Shown here: positions 9,670 to 18,937 of the stretch, piece by piece | How positions within the stretch are numbered: position 1 is the first letter of the stretch | Layout of the letters: each line of letters opens with the position of its first letter | Virus record (IMG/VR): IMGVR_UViG_3300010430_000022 | Location: 1-64,000 of that record | Length of the DNA: 64,000 bases | Origin: a virus | Reading direction: 5' to 3' (one strand) | Program-made: the position numbers and the translations under genes | Notes under the pieces: model-generated | Database searches by the model: none | The model's input: only the letters and a program-made list of their open reading frames with translations | What the model was told of the DNA's origin: nothing

Positions 9670-11193
9670 ATGGCTATCTCACCACTCATGGCATGGCGTG
9701 CAGGCTACAGCGGATCCGTACAGGCGTTGCGTGTGCTGAATGGCACCACGTTGGAGACTACCCAGCTTGGAGCAGCTACCGGATTCACAGCCTCCGGTTG
9801 GGATACTGCTATCGCCGGATGCCCTAGGCACAATCGGATCGTCGAGTTTCGGGGCGACCTCTACGCTTACCACTCAGGGGGCGGACCAGCGATCTACAAG
9901 TTCGTGTTCGGCTCCAAAACGTGGTCGTCGGTGGATACGCTTCCGAACCCGCCGAACGCTGCCGATGACAACACGATCAGTGGTTTCGAAGTCATTGACG
10001 TCAATGGCGAGGCCAGGCTCTATCTCTTCTATCGCACGTCACTCAGCACGAACGCCCGTGTTCGCTGGTCCAACGACGGTACTACGTGGAACAGTGGGGC
10101 GACAACCGCAACCACGCCTAACTTTTATCGGACCTTGGTGTATCAAAAGAAGGTCTACGTCTTCGCCGGACCAAACGCGAATCCGGTGCTCTCCTACGAT
10201 CCGGCAGCAGATACATGGACTTCGGTGCCGGTGGTCGGAACGTCACTCGGACGACCAGCCCAAGTTCTCATCAACTTCAAAGGCAGACTCTTGCTGATCG
10301 GGGCCCAGAACGGTACTTGGGCTAGCATCATGACCTTCAAAGAGTTGGTTGGTGGTGGGTTCAACGACGTGTCCTACAGCGGAGGATCTGACCCTGGAGA
10401 CATGGTCACGGTGCGGGCGGCTGCCAATGGAACCCTTGCTGTGTTCGAGGAGAATGACAAGCTCTACGTCCTCTTCAATGAGAAGGCGGTAGACAACGCC
10501 AGCGTTGCAGCCGGACAGGTTCGCGTCTCAGAGTTCGTTCCGAACGGGGCAGCCGTGGGATCGTCTTGGCAAGAGAACGATCTTACCGCCACTGTGGTGC
10601 CCGCCGCATGGCGAACCGGCGGCGCGTTCGCAAACCTGTTCAGTCCGTACGCGGCCTTCAATGGCTACGTGGAGACGAGCACTCCAGGTGCGCCCGAGTT
10701 CTATGCTTGGCGCCACCACACCGTTAACGCAGTCGCGACGTCCACCTTCTGGACGTGGAACGGCAACGCCGCGCTTATGACAGTCGTCAATAGCGATGTG
10801 ACGTCCGAGGTTCAGATTGCGAGCGGGCCAAACACCACGGGTGAGCACATCTACACCGAAGGCGACTTCGACGTCACGCTAGAGAACGCAGCCGTTGAGC
10901 CTGGAAAGGTTCTCTTCGACTTTCAGGCGCACTCTCCGCTCGACGCCAGTTCGCCAACGAACAAGCAGGGCCGGCTCTACTACTCAATCGGTGGCTCGGA
11001 CTGGGCCGTGGCTACGCTGAGCACGGATGCGCCTACTGTCGTATCTGGCGGGGACGCTGCTCCGACGATCAGCGCCAACCTGCTTCAGGGAATCGTAGTT
11101 GGCTCCTCGAAGTTCCGCGCGACCTGGGACGCCATTGCTGACGGCTTCACGGACGCGGGCGAGCAGGTCGAACTCATGCTGAACGTCTTCTAG
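9670..11193 (+). CDS. Virion beta-rich protein, family A #6
   Basis: 507 aa; IVEFRGDLYAY, WTWNGNAALMT, WDAIADG. Confidence 0.7.
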   Translation: MAISPLMAWRAGYSGSVQALRVLNGTTLETTQLGAATGFTASGWDTAIAGCPRHNRIVEFRGDLYAYHSGGGPAIYKFVFGSKTWSSVDTLPNPPNAADDNTISGFEVIDVNGEARLYLFYRTSLSTNARVRWSNDGTTWNSGATTATTPNFYRTLVYQKKVYVFAGPNANPVLSYDPAADTWTSVPVVGTSLGRPAQVLINFKGRLLLIGAQNGTWASIMTFKELVGGGFNDVSYSGGSDPGDMVTVRAAANGTLAVFEENDKLYVLFNEKAVDNASVAAGQVRVSEFVPNGAAVGSSWQENDLTATVVPAAWRTGGAFANLFSPYAAFNGYVETSTPGAPEFYAWRHHTVNAVATSTFWTWNGNAALMTVVNSDVTSEVQIASGPNTTGEHIYTEGDFDVTLENAAVEPGKVLFDFQAHSPLDASSPTNKQGRLYYSIGGSDWAVATLSTDAPTVVSGGDAAPTISANLLQGIVVGSSKFRATWDAIADGFTDAGEQVELMLNVF

Positions 11194-11201
11194 GAGCGCT
11201 C

Positions 11202-11399
11202 ATGGCAACCACAGAAATTACCTACGAGCATCCACCTGGTAGTGGCTCTGAGGGCTGCAAGCGAATCTTCGATGACGCTTACGTTCTTCAGTCAGATCGG
11301 GGCCCTCTTCGTGCAGACGAGGTAGTGGTGGGAGACTGTCTCCAGACGACACCTCGTTACAAGACGCTGGTGCTCGCCGTCGCACCTGTGATGGAGTAA
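11202..11399 (+). CDS. Small half-Hint-like protein
   Basis: 65 aa; VLQSDRGPLRADEVVVGDCL; RBS present. Confidence 0.7.
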   Translation: MATTEITYEHPPGSGSEGCKRIFDDAYVLQSDRGPLRADEVVVGDCLQTTPRYKTLVLAVAPVME

Positions 11400-11403
11400 A
11401 CCC

Positions 11404-12864
11404 ATGCCAATTCCTGAGCTTCTAGTCGGAAACGTGTTCATCTCGGGCGCTCCACAGATTTCGGAGCTTGTCGGCGGCACATCGCTAAACGCTATTGGTT
11501 CCCTGTTGAGCGAGGCTGCTGCTGATACAGGTAGACCGAGCACCACTTGGGGCGACCCGACGAACCGTTGTATCGAATATCGCGGTGACATCTACGCGCT
11601 GTTCTACTTCGGCTCGAACACTTGTCGGATCCATCGCTACAACCGACCTGCCGGAACATGGGGCGTGGCCGCCGGAACGGGTTGCGTGTCTGGCAATCAG
11701 ACTGGTCTGTATATCGCCAACACCGGCTCAACGCAGCGGATCTTCTCGGTCAGCCGCAATCTCGGCGGGAGGTTTCAGATCGCCTGGGCAGACCTGGGAA
11801 CGGTTGCGTGGACGCACACGGACACTGGTACTTCCGAAGGCGGAACAGGGGTATCCCCGCCGTGCTTGTTCAACAACAAGCTCTACCAGCTTCATGATGG
11901 CGGGGCTTGGGAAGTAGATCCTGTTTCGCTCACAGCGGCGCAGGTGACCCAGGTCTGGGACACGCAGACGACAAACATCAGCGGTGATCTGTGTGTCTTC
12001 GACGACCGACTGTTCGCCCTTATCGCTGAGTCCGGGGGAACACGACAAGACTTCTCCCTCTGGGAGTTCACTGGAGGTGGCTGGACTCTGAATCTGGAGA
12101 TCACAACCGACGGTCGAATCAATGGCTACTCTCAAGTGGATGAGGGGCAGGTCTGCTTGTTCAAGGATCCAGGGGCGAACAAGCTGATTGCTATCTGCAA
12201 CGGATCGAACAATGGCGCCAATACGGGTGCAGGCTCAATGGCGTTCGAGTTGACGCCCTCGGGTTTGACCTTCACGCCGAATGAGATCACCAGCACCGTG
12301 ATCCCAGCCGCGTTCCGTCCAGGCGTCCGGGGAGCAAGCAACGACGCCACCGAAGATCGGTGGTACGGCTACTCGAACAATGACGTTCCCGGCTCACCGG
12401 AGTTCTTCCTGTTCTTCGCTCAAGGTCCCGCACCAGGCACCGCCTACACCGTCTACCAGTGGGTGGATACAAGCACGGTCATGACGTCGCTCGGCGCCGG
12501 ACCAAGCAAGATATTCACGATTCCGCACGGGAAGTTCGGAGGCGGGGCCAGGATCAACATCGCCAGCGGAAATCAGTGCGCAATCGAGTCAGGCACCGCC
12601 GTTCTAGGCGCCTACAGGATCAACTATCGCGTCTATGGGGCGGTTGCCTCTCAGAGTGTCAGGCTCTACTACGACGAGGAGCAGGAGTCTCCCGTGACAC
12701 AGGCGACGATCATCGCGCAAACCGGTGGATCCGGGATTACAGCCAACGCTGTGACTGGGGTCACTGGAGACGATGGTGTAACCCTGTTCACGGTGGATTG
12801 GGATCTCGCAGCAGACGGCGTAGCGAACGGTGACGCTGTCCACATCATGCTCGACATTTCCTAG
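11404..12864 (+). CDS. Virion beta-rich protein, family A #7
   Basis: 486 aa; CIEYRGDIYAL, LCVFDDRLF, VDWDLAADG. Confidence 0.7.
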   Translation: MPIPELLVGNVFISGAPQISELVGGTSLNAIGSLLSEAAADTGRPSTTWGDPTNRCIEYRGDIYALFYFGSNTCRIHRYNRPAGTWGVAAGTGCVSGNQTGLYIANTGSTQRIFSVSRNLGGRFQIAWADLGTVAWTHTDTGTSEGGTGVSPPCLFNNKLYQLHDGGAWEVDPVSLTAAQVTQVWDTQTTNISGDLCVFDDRLFALIAESGGTRQDFSLWEFTGGGWTLNLEITTDGRINGYSQVDEGQVCLFKDPGANKLIAICNGSNNGANTGAGSMAFELTPSGLTFTPNEITSTVIPAAFRPGVRGASNDATEDRWYGYSNNDVPGSPEFFLFFAQGPAPGTAYTVYQWVDTSTVMTSLGAGPSKIFTIPHGKFGGGARINIASGNQCAIESGTAVLGAYRINYRVYGAVASQSVRLYYDEEQESPVTQATIIAQTGGSGITANAVTGVTGDDGVTLFTVDWDLAADGVANGDAVHIMLDIS

Positions 12865-12880
12865 CTAAGGGTCTTTAGTC

Positions 12881-14071
12881 TTGTCCAAGCCCAGCGCAAT
12901 CTTCTCAGGTTCCGCATCTGCACTGCGAGTGCGATCTCCGAGTGGGATCGCTGCGGTCGCGGCACAGGCGCTCAGGGCTCGCGCACCCAGTGCGGTGAGC
13001 ACACCTACTGCTGGATCACTTGGCATTCTCGTCCCTACCATCAGCAACAAAGTCTCTACGTTCGCAACGGACTTTGCTGCTAGCTCTTCCACAGTCTCCA
13101 ACGGGATTCAGTTCTTCACCGAGACTCTCGGCGGTGTTGCTTCCACAAGTAACAAGACCGGGATCTTTGATTTCACCATTCCACCTTCGTCTGTATTAGG
13201 ACCAGGCGCCGATGGCTTCCTAGAGAACCCGGTCACAGCCTCGCTTGGACCTGGCACTGACGCACCAGTTGATTTCATCCCGAGCGCCTCGCTCGGGCCC
13301 GGCACCGATGGTGAGATCGGGTTCTATCTCTTCAATACCAGTGGTACTCCGTTTCGGTTTGTCCGTGACGTAGCCATTGAAGTTTCGCAAGGCGCTCCAT
13401 TTCGCTATACGCGCGGCGCCGGACTGGTCGCCCGAGTGGGTTCGCCTTTCCGTTGGGTGCGAGGAGCCCCGTTCCCGTTGTTCGGATTTAGTGGGACCAC
13501 AGGCGGTCAAGTCCCACCACCGGACCCCGTGCGCGGATTTGGAGGCGTCTCTGGCGATCTCGCCTTCCTTGCCCCGCCTCCAAACATCTACGGCGGTCTC
13601 ACCGGCGACATCGCGGCAGTAGGGCCTCAGAGAGGCTTTGGGGGCCTGACGGGGGGCTCTGTCGCTTTCACCGGTGTTGCTCCGGCGGTGCGACTCACTG
13701 CCGTAGGTGTTGCTCCTAGCGTCATTGAGCTTGCGTGGGTCATCATCGGCGGCGCTCAGACTGGATTTCGGATCGAGCGCTCTCCTAACGGACAGGGTAT
13801 GTGGACGGTGATCGGGTCCGTTCCTGCCGATTTCGTCCTCTTCCTCGATCTAAACGCGACCCCACTCGTGGTTTTCGACTACCGGGTGATCGCCTTCAAC
13901 CCCGCAGAAGACGCTCCGCCCTCGAATATCGCCTACGCCTACTCCCCAGCACCGGGTGGCCCACCGCCTTCTTCTACGCCCTTGCCCTCGCGTAACCTAG
14001 AATTTCTGAGCCCGGGTGCCTACGGACTCGAAAGAGACGTGGATGGAAACGTCGGGGGTAGTAAGTTCTAA
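12881..14071 (+). CDS. Multi-repeat protein with FN3 domain and GSKF tail (family B #3)
   Basis: LGPGxD x3, GxPFRxxR x3, [FY][SG]GxxG x4, FN3 (IELAW...TGFRIERS...DYRVIAFN); ends SPGAYGLERDVDGNVGGSKF; start codon uncertain. Confidence 0.7.
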   Translation: MSKPSAIFSGSASALRVRSPSGIAAVAAQALRARAPSAVSTPTAGSLGILVPTISNKVSTFATDFAASSSTVSNGIQFFTETLGGVASTSNKTGIFDFTIPPSSVLGPGADGFLENPVTASLGPGTDAPVDFIPSASLGPGTDGEIGFYLFNTSGTPFRFVRDVAIEVSQGAPFRYTRGAGLVARVGSPFRWVRGAPFPLFGFSGTTGGQVPPPDPVRGFGGVSGDLAFLAPPPNIYGGLTGDIAAVGPQRGFGGLTGGSVAFTGVAPAVRLTAVGVAPSVIELAWVIIGGAQTGFRIERSPNGQGMWTVIGSVPADFVLFLDLNATPLVVFDYRVIAFNPAEDAPPSNIAYAYSPAPGGPPPSSTPLPSRNLEFLSPGAYGLERDVDGNVGGSKF

Positions 14072-14090
14072 TGGGTGAGGAGATCTACTC

Positions 14091-15092
14091 ATGGCCTTCG
14101 TTTACGCTGACCGAGTCAAAGAACAATCGTCATCCGTTGGACTTGCGTCGATGGTGCTCTCCGGCACTCTGCCCGGGTTCCAGGATTTTGCCACCGGAAT
14201 TGGTGACGCCAACCAGACTTACTACACCATCGTCAACACGGCGGATAACACCTGGGAGGTAGGAACCGGGACCTATACGCTCGCTGGCACGTCTCTGAGT
14301 CGCGACACCGTCTTCGCCTCCTCTAACGCCAATAGCCCTGTAAGCTTCGCTGCTGGCACCAAGACGATCATCGCAACGGTAGCGGCCCAATTCTTTGGGG
14401 CCGCTCTCACGGCCTCCACTCATGCCGTACTGAACCACTCGGGCGTGCTTGGCGTTCCCGGCCCCGAGACCTTCACTGCCGGCGATCACGATGTGGTGGA
14501 TCACACTGGGCTCCCGTTCCAGCTTCTCGATGAGCCTGCTCATAACGCCATTGACCACACCATTGGTCAGGTCAAGAACCTGCTTGACGAACCTACCCAC
14601 GACGCTCTCGATCACACTGGATTGAACGGCGTTAACGCTTTCGACGCCGCAGCCCATGGACTAGAGAACCACGCCGGTATCCTGGGTGTCCCGGCTGCTG
14701 AAACCTTCACCTCGCCGGTTCATACAGCAACAGATCATGCCTTGATCCCCGGTGTCTTTGCGCAGGCTACACACGCTGTGGAGGATCACACGGGAATTAT
14801 GGGTGTCGGCGTCACCAACTACGCCTTCCAGATCAGCGCGGAGCTTGGGGGCGGCGCGGTCCACGCTCTTGGTCGTATTTACGACTTTCCAATGGGCATC
14901 GGCACTGTCAAATTTGCCGTCTGCGGGTTTGCTACCCACAACGACAACAGCGTCTTTCCAGATGATGGGGCGCTCATCACTAACACTCAGATCAACTTTC
15001 CGGTGGCCGGGACCGTTCGCGTCACCTTCAACACCGCAGGTCCCGGACTGTATGAGTCTTCCTTGCTCTTTTCCTGCACCGCCTACAGCTAA
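14091..15092 (+). CDS. Tail fibre-like protein with H-x3-[DN]H repeats
   Basis: N-terminal ADRVKE...WEVG.GT..LSRDTV..SSN domain typical of phage fibres; seven H-x3-[DN]-H repeats. Confidence 0.65.
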   Translation: MAFVYADRVKEQSSSVGLASMVLSGTLPGFQDFATGIGDANQTYYTIVNTADNTWEVGTGTYTLAGTSLSRDTVFASSNANSPVSFAAGTKTIIATVAAQFFGAALTASTHAVLNHSGVLGVPGPETFTAGDHDVVDHTGLPFQLLDEPAHNAIDHTIGQVKNLLDEPTHDALDHTGLNGVNAFDAAAHGLENHAGILGVPAAETFTSPVHTATDHALIPGVFAQATHAVEDHTGIMGVGVTNYAFQISAELGGGAVHALGRIYDFPMGIGTVKFAVCGFATHNDNSVFPDDGALITNTQINFPVAGTVRVTFNTAGPGLYESSLLFSCTAYS

Positions 15093-15105
15093 GAAGGGTT
15101 GATTC

Positions 15106-17064
15106 GTGCCAGGCGAGTTTTCGATCTCCGAATTTCCAATCAGCGACTCCGTTACCGGAGGCGCTACCAGTGGTCCTGCGTTCGTCTTCAGTCCGGAGAA
15201 CGTGAAGTACCGCTATGGGGAGCGTTATGCCTCGGAGTCGTCGAACCGCAAGTTCCTGGGTATCCCTCTTGGAACATACCTAGGGTTTACTCCGAGCTTC
15301 AGCAACGACATTCTGACCCTCTCAGCCGACGCTGAGTTCGGCTACTGCTTCGCCCGCATCGCCTCTCAAGACGATCCCCTCTACATCTTGGATGTCATCA
15401 TCCAAGACGACGGGATTCTTGACTTCACGAACCACAACAGCTTCCCCGTCAACGTGGTGCTCAAGGTCAATGGCAAGTTGGGATTTCCTCATTCTGCTGA
15501 GATCGTGACGCAGTCTGCTGCGCCTACTTATCCGACCGAGATCCTTCTGGGCGTTGTTACTGCTCCCAACACCATCGATGTTTCCGAGCCCTTCAATCGC
15601 GACACACCGTACGCCTACTCCGGAGCGCCTTTCGGCTACGGCTTCATGAAGAGCAATGCGGTTGAGGATCTTCTCGCGGCGATCTCCCTCAACACTGAAG
15701 TAGCGGCTGCTCGAACTGACTTGACCGGATTCACCCATCCGGATCTCAACGCCAGAATCGAGGCGGATGGCGCCCCCTCTGCTGTGGCTGATCGTCTTGG
15801 TAAGGAGATGCGGACGATCCTGGCAGACGATTTCGTTGTGGCGGCTCCGACCGATACGCTCAACGTCAGTCGAGCCTTCTCACGGTTCCATCGGAACATC
15901 TCTGGGATCACCCCGATCCAAGACTTCGATGGATTCGCCTCTGAGACACGAGTAGGCGCCATTACGTCAGGGACGGTGCAGGATCCGCCACCTGTCGGAG
16001 CTTTCACCGATCCAGAGCGCAACGTGTGCGCGATCATTGACGCTACGTCTGAGGCTCGTCTGACCGATTCGACGCGTCAGGTCGCCTATGGACGTCTCGT
16101 TCATGACGAGATCATCCTTTCGGGGACAGACATTACCTTCAACGCCGCCTCGACGACCGTGAACGGATCGGGCACCCTCTTCACGATGCAGGTTCAGATC
16201 GGGGACATCCTTCAAGACCCGATTAGTGGTGACTACTTCGAGGTTGCCGGCATTACCTCGGACGTGGCGCTTGATCTCTCGGTTCCCTTTCCGAACGCTA
16301 CTACGCCTCCAGCTACTCCTCCTGGTCTGCGGCGCCGATTTACGCTCAACGCCAGGACACGATCAGGTCCGGACACCGACGCGTTGTTCACCATGCCGGC
16401 GTCTACGGTTCGCGTCTACTTCAATGCCTGGTTCTCGGTCGAAGTTGCGCAATATGACTACTCGACCGACCTCTTGCGTGCGTTCGAGGAAGATCCGGTT
16501 ATCAGCGCGACCACCGGCGCGGCAGGTAAGGCCCTACTGATGTCTGGCCTGTCAGAGGGTAAGGCAGGCGCTATCTTCGCAACGCAACAGCTTGGGTTGC
16601 AGATTGGCTCGCCGCACATCTACTCAGTTGATTTCAATGGTGCTGCTAGTGGTGGCGTTGGCGTCGCCAACATCACTCAAAGAGGCCCTACCGGTGCAAC
16701 AGGTGCTCCTGGCGGCGCCGGTGTCCCAGGCCCTCCAGGTGCGCAGGGTCCACAAGGCCAAGGCTTCGACGCATTCTCCTCGTCTAATCTGTTTAGGGAA
16801 TCTCAGGTCTTTGACCACGGCGCACTGGGCTCCGGGGTGCAGTATTCATTCTCGGCGACCATGGATGGCGCGGAGCCCCTTTTCCTGACGGGCGGAAACT
16901 CGGAATGGTTTTCGCCATGGAGGTTCGATTCCGATGACCACTGGCAGATCGATGACATCGTGGTCGTGAGCGGAAATAACGTGCGGATGGACCTTCGTGT
17001 TCCAACCGGTGGATCAGTGGCCGCACATGTTCGGTTTTTCTTGAACGCGGCGACGACGAACTAA
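15106..17064 (+). CDS. Tail/baseplate-associated protein with collagen-like segment (family C #1)
   Basis: 652 aa; G.P.G.YLGF.PS N-terminal motif shared with 17067 and 20027; GPTGATGAPGGAGVPGPPGAQGPQGQG. Confidence 0.65.
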   Translation: MPGEFSISEFPISDSVTGGATSGPAFVFSPENVKYRYGERYASESSNRKFLGIPLGTYLGFTPSFSNDILTLSADAEFGYCFARIASQDDPLYILDVIIQDDGILDFTNHNSFPVNVVLKVNGKLGFPHSAEIVTQSAAPTYPTEILLGVVTAPNTIDVSEPFNRDTPYAYSGAPFGYGFMKSNAVEDLLAAISLNTEVAAARTDLTGFTHPDLNARIEADGAPSAVADRLGKEMRTILADDFVVAAPTDTLNVSRAFSRFHRNISGITPIQDFDGFASETRVGAITSGTVQDPPPVGAFTDPERNVCAIIDATSEARLTDSTRQVAYGRLVHDEIILSGTDITFNAASTTVNGSGTLFTMQVQIGDILQDPISGDYFEVAGITSDVALDLSVPFPNATTPPATPPGLRRRFTLNARTRSGPDTDALFTMPASTVRVYFNAWFSVEVAQYDYSTDLLRAFEEDPVISATTGAAGKALLMSGLSEGKAGAIFATQQLGLQIGSPHIYSVDFNGAASGGVGVANITQRGPTGATGAPGGAGVPGPPGAQGPQGQGFDAFSSSNLFRESQVFDHGALGSGVQYSFSATMDGAEPLFLTGGNSEWFSPWRFDSDDHWQIDDIVVVSGNNVRMDLRVPTGGSVAAHVRFFLNAATTN

Positions 17065-17066
17065 GC

Positions 17067-18929
17067 ATGGCAGTCTTTCCACTACAGGTCTTCACTCAGA
17101 ACGGCGCGCAGGCGGGCTTCAACGAAGACTACAAATCGTCCCCTCTGGGTGTTCGATACGCCGGGCAACCAAAGGGTGCCTATCTTGGGTTCACCCCATC
17201 CGTCCTCGGCTCGGAGCTTACGCTCGACGTTGACCCAACCTTCGGCTATTCCTTAGTCAAGGTGGGCTCAGACGTCAATCCGAGTGGTATGGATGTCTTC
17301 GTCACAGATCCGGTGGTCCTAGACTTCGTAGGTCAACCTAGCATTGACTTCCCGATGAACGTGATGGTGCGGGTCTCCTACTATGACGACGGTTCGGTTC
17401 CGACAACCGCAGAGGTGTTTTCTCGAAGTGCCACCGTGGCGGTGTCAGCAAACGAGGTGCTGCTCTGTGTTGTCGACGGCCCTGCTGCTGCGCTCACCTT
17501 TGCGGCTGATCCAACGCTAGAAGAGCGTGACGTTCCGCTGGCTTATGGGCACGTCAACTTTGGGTTCATGCCCGGTGGTTCGATTGAGAACCTTCAAGCG
17601 GCTGCGGACATCGTTAACGAAGTGATCGCTGCCCGTACCGGTCTCGATAGCACGGTCTACGCGGATCTAGCTGCGCGAATTGCAGGGGACTACAGCGCTG
17701 AGAAGATGGCCGAGCGACTCGCGCTAACCTTCCGTGCGTTGCGAAGCAACGACTACGTCGTCGCAGCAGGAGAAAGTAGCGTCAAGGTCTCTGGTTCATT
17801 CTCTGAAGTCGACCGCGCACACGAACCGATGCTCACTCTCGATGGAGACGGAGGCGAAACCACTGAGGGGGCGATTGCCGATCCAAACGATATCTCCCGC
17901 AACGTGGTCTTGGTTGTGGACGCGTCGACAGGTTATCGACCCATTGATGATGAGACAGAGCGCAGAACCATCTTCGGAAGAATCTCAGGACCCAATCAAA
18001 AGGTGGTTGGGGGAGAGTGGCAATTCCTAAATGCGTCCAAGGACGTCGCAGCGATTGATGAGAACGGTCAAGCGACCATCGAAATGGAGGCAGGAGACGC
18101 CATTCTCGGACCTGACGGGATCTACTACGAGGTCGAGACGGTTCTCACCAACAACAGCATTGAGCTTCGAACCGCGTTCCAAGGATCTTCCGATACCGTT
18201 TCGTCAGCGCAGATCAGGCGATGGGAGCTTGCACTCAAGAAGATCGTTGGAGGTGTAGAGATAGACGCGGAACTCCTGGCTAGCACCACGATCAGGTTCT
18301 TCTTTCCAGCCTTCCTCTCTATGGAGCAAAGCAACGCCGACTGGCGCATGGCGATGCATACATCGGCTGAGCGAAAACCTCTTCCTAGCGCGACTACTGC
18401 AATTCCAGGTCTGGTTCGTCTCGCCGAGACCGGTGCTCTTCTCGGGGCAGTGAACATTCAGAACGCGGGGGTCCCGCTTGGCGGTGGACCGTTCCATACC
18501 CTCAACTTCAACGCCGCTAACGCTTCGGTTGTCGCTGTACCAGGCAGTCCGCAAGAGGTTCAGGTTGTTGAGATCGGTCAAGTAGGCGCACCTGGTGCGG
18601 CAGGCGCAAGCGGCGGGCCTGGTAACCCAGGTGGTCCTGGTCCAGGCTTCAGCACTCTCAATCCATTCGAGATTAGTACCGAGCTTCCAGGTACACCAGG
18701 AATGATCGTCATGTGGTCTTTCACGAGGGATATGGGCCACAATGTTCGCTATATTCACGGCGGCATTGCTAAGTGGCGGGATGCTGGCTTCTTCTCTACC
18801 CCTGGTGACCGCCTCGACGTCTCTGACGTAGTGATCGCTAGTCCAACGGAAGGTCGCATCGAGGGCAGCATGGGTGGTGCCTTTGGTGACGTCTTCGTTA
18901 CCCCATTTCTTAGTTCTGCTGGTGATTAG
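17067..18929 (+). CDS. Tail/baseplate-associated protein with collagen-like segment (family C #2)
   Basis: 620 aa paralog; GQPKGAYLGFTPS, FGFMP.G.IE.L, Gly-X-Y run near the C-terminus. Confidence 0.65.
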   Translation: MAVFPLQVFTQNGAQAGFNEDYKSSPLGVRYAGQPKGAYLGFTPSVLGSELTLDVDPTFGYSLVKVGSDVNPSGMDVFVTDPVVLDFVGQPSIDFPMNVMVRVSYYDDGSVPTTAEVFSRSATVAVSANEVLLCVVDGPAAALTFAADPTLEERDVPLAYGHVNFGFMPGGSIENLQAAADIVNEVIAARTGLDSTVYADLAARIAGDYSAEKMAERLALTFRALRSNDYVVAAGESSVKVSGSFSEVDRAHEPMLTLDGDGGETTEGAIADPNDISRNVVLVVDASTGYRPIDDETERRTIFGRISGPNQKVVGGEWQFLNASKDVAAIDENGQATIEMEAGDAILGPDGIYYEVETVLTNNSIELRTAFQGSSDTVSSAQIRRWELALKKIVGGVEIDAELLASTTIRFFFPAFLSMEQSNADWRMAMHTSAERKPLPSATTAIPGLVRLAETGALLGAVNIQNAGVPLGGGPFHTLNFNAANASVVAVPGSPQEVQVVEIGQVGAPGAAGASGGPGNPGGPGPGFSTLNPFEISTELPGTPGMIVMWSFTRDMGHNVRYIHGGIAKWRDAGFFSTPGDRLDVSDVVIASPTEGRIEGSMGGAFGDVFVTPFLSSAGD

Positions 18930-18937
18930 GAGGAAAC

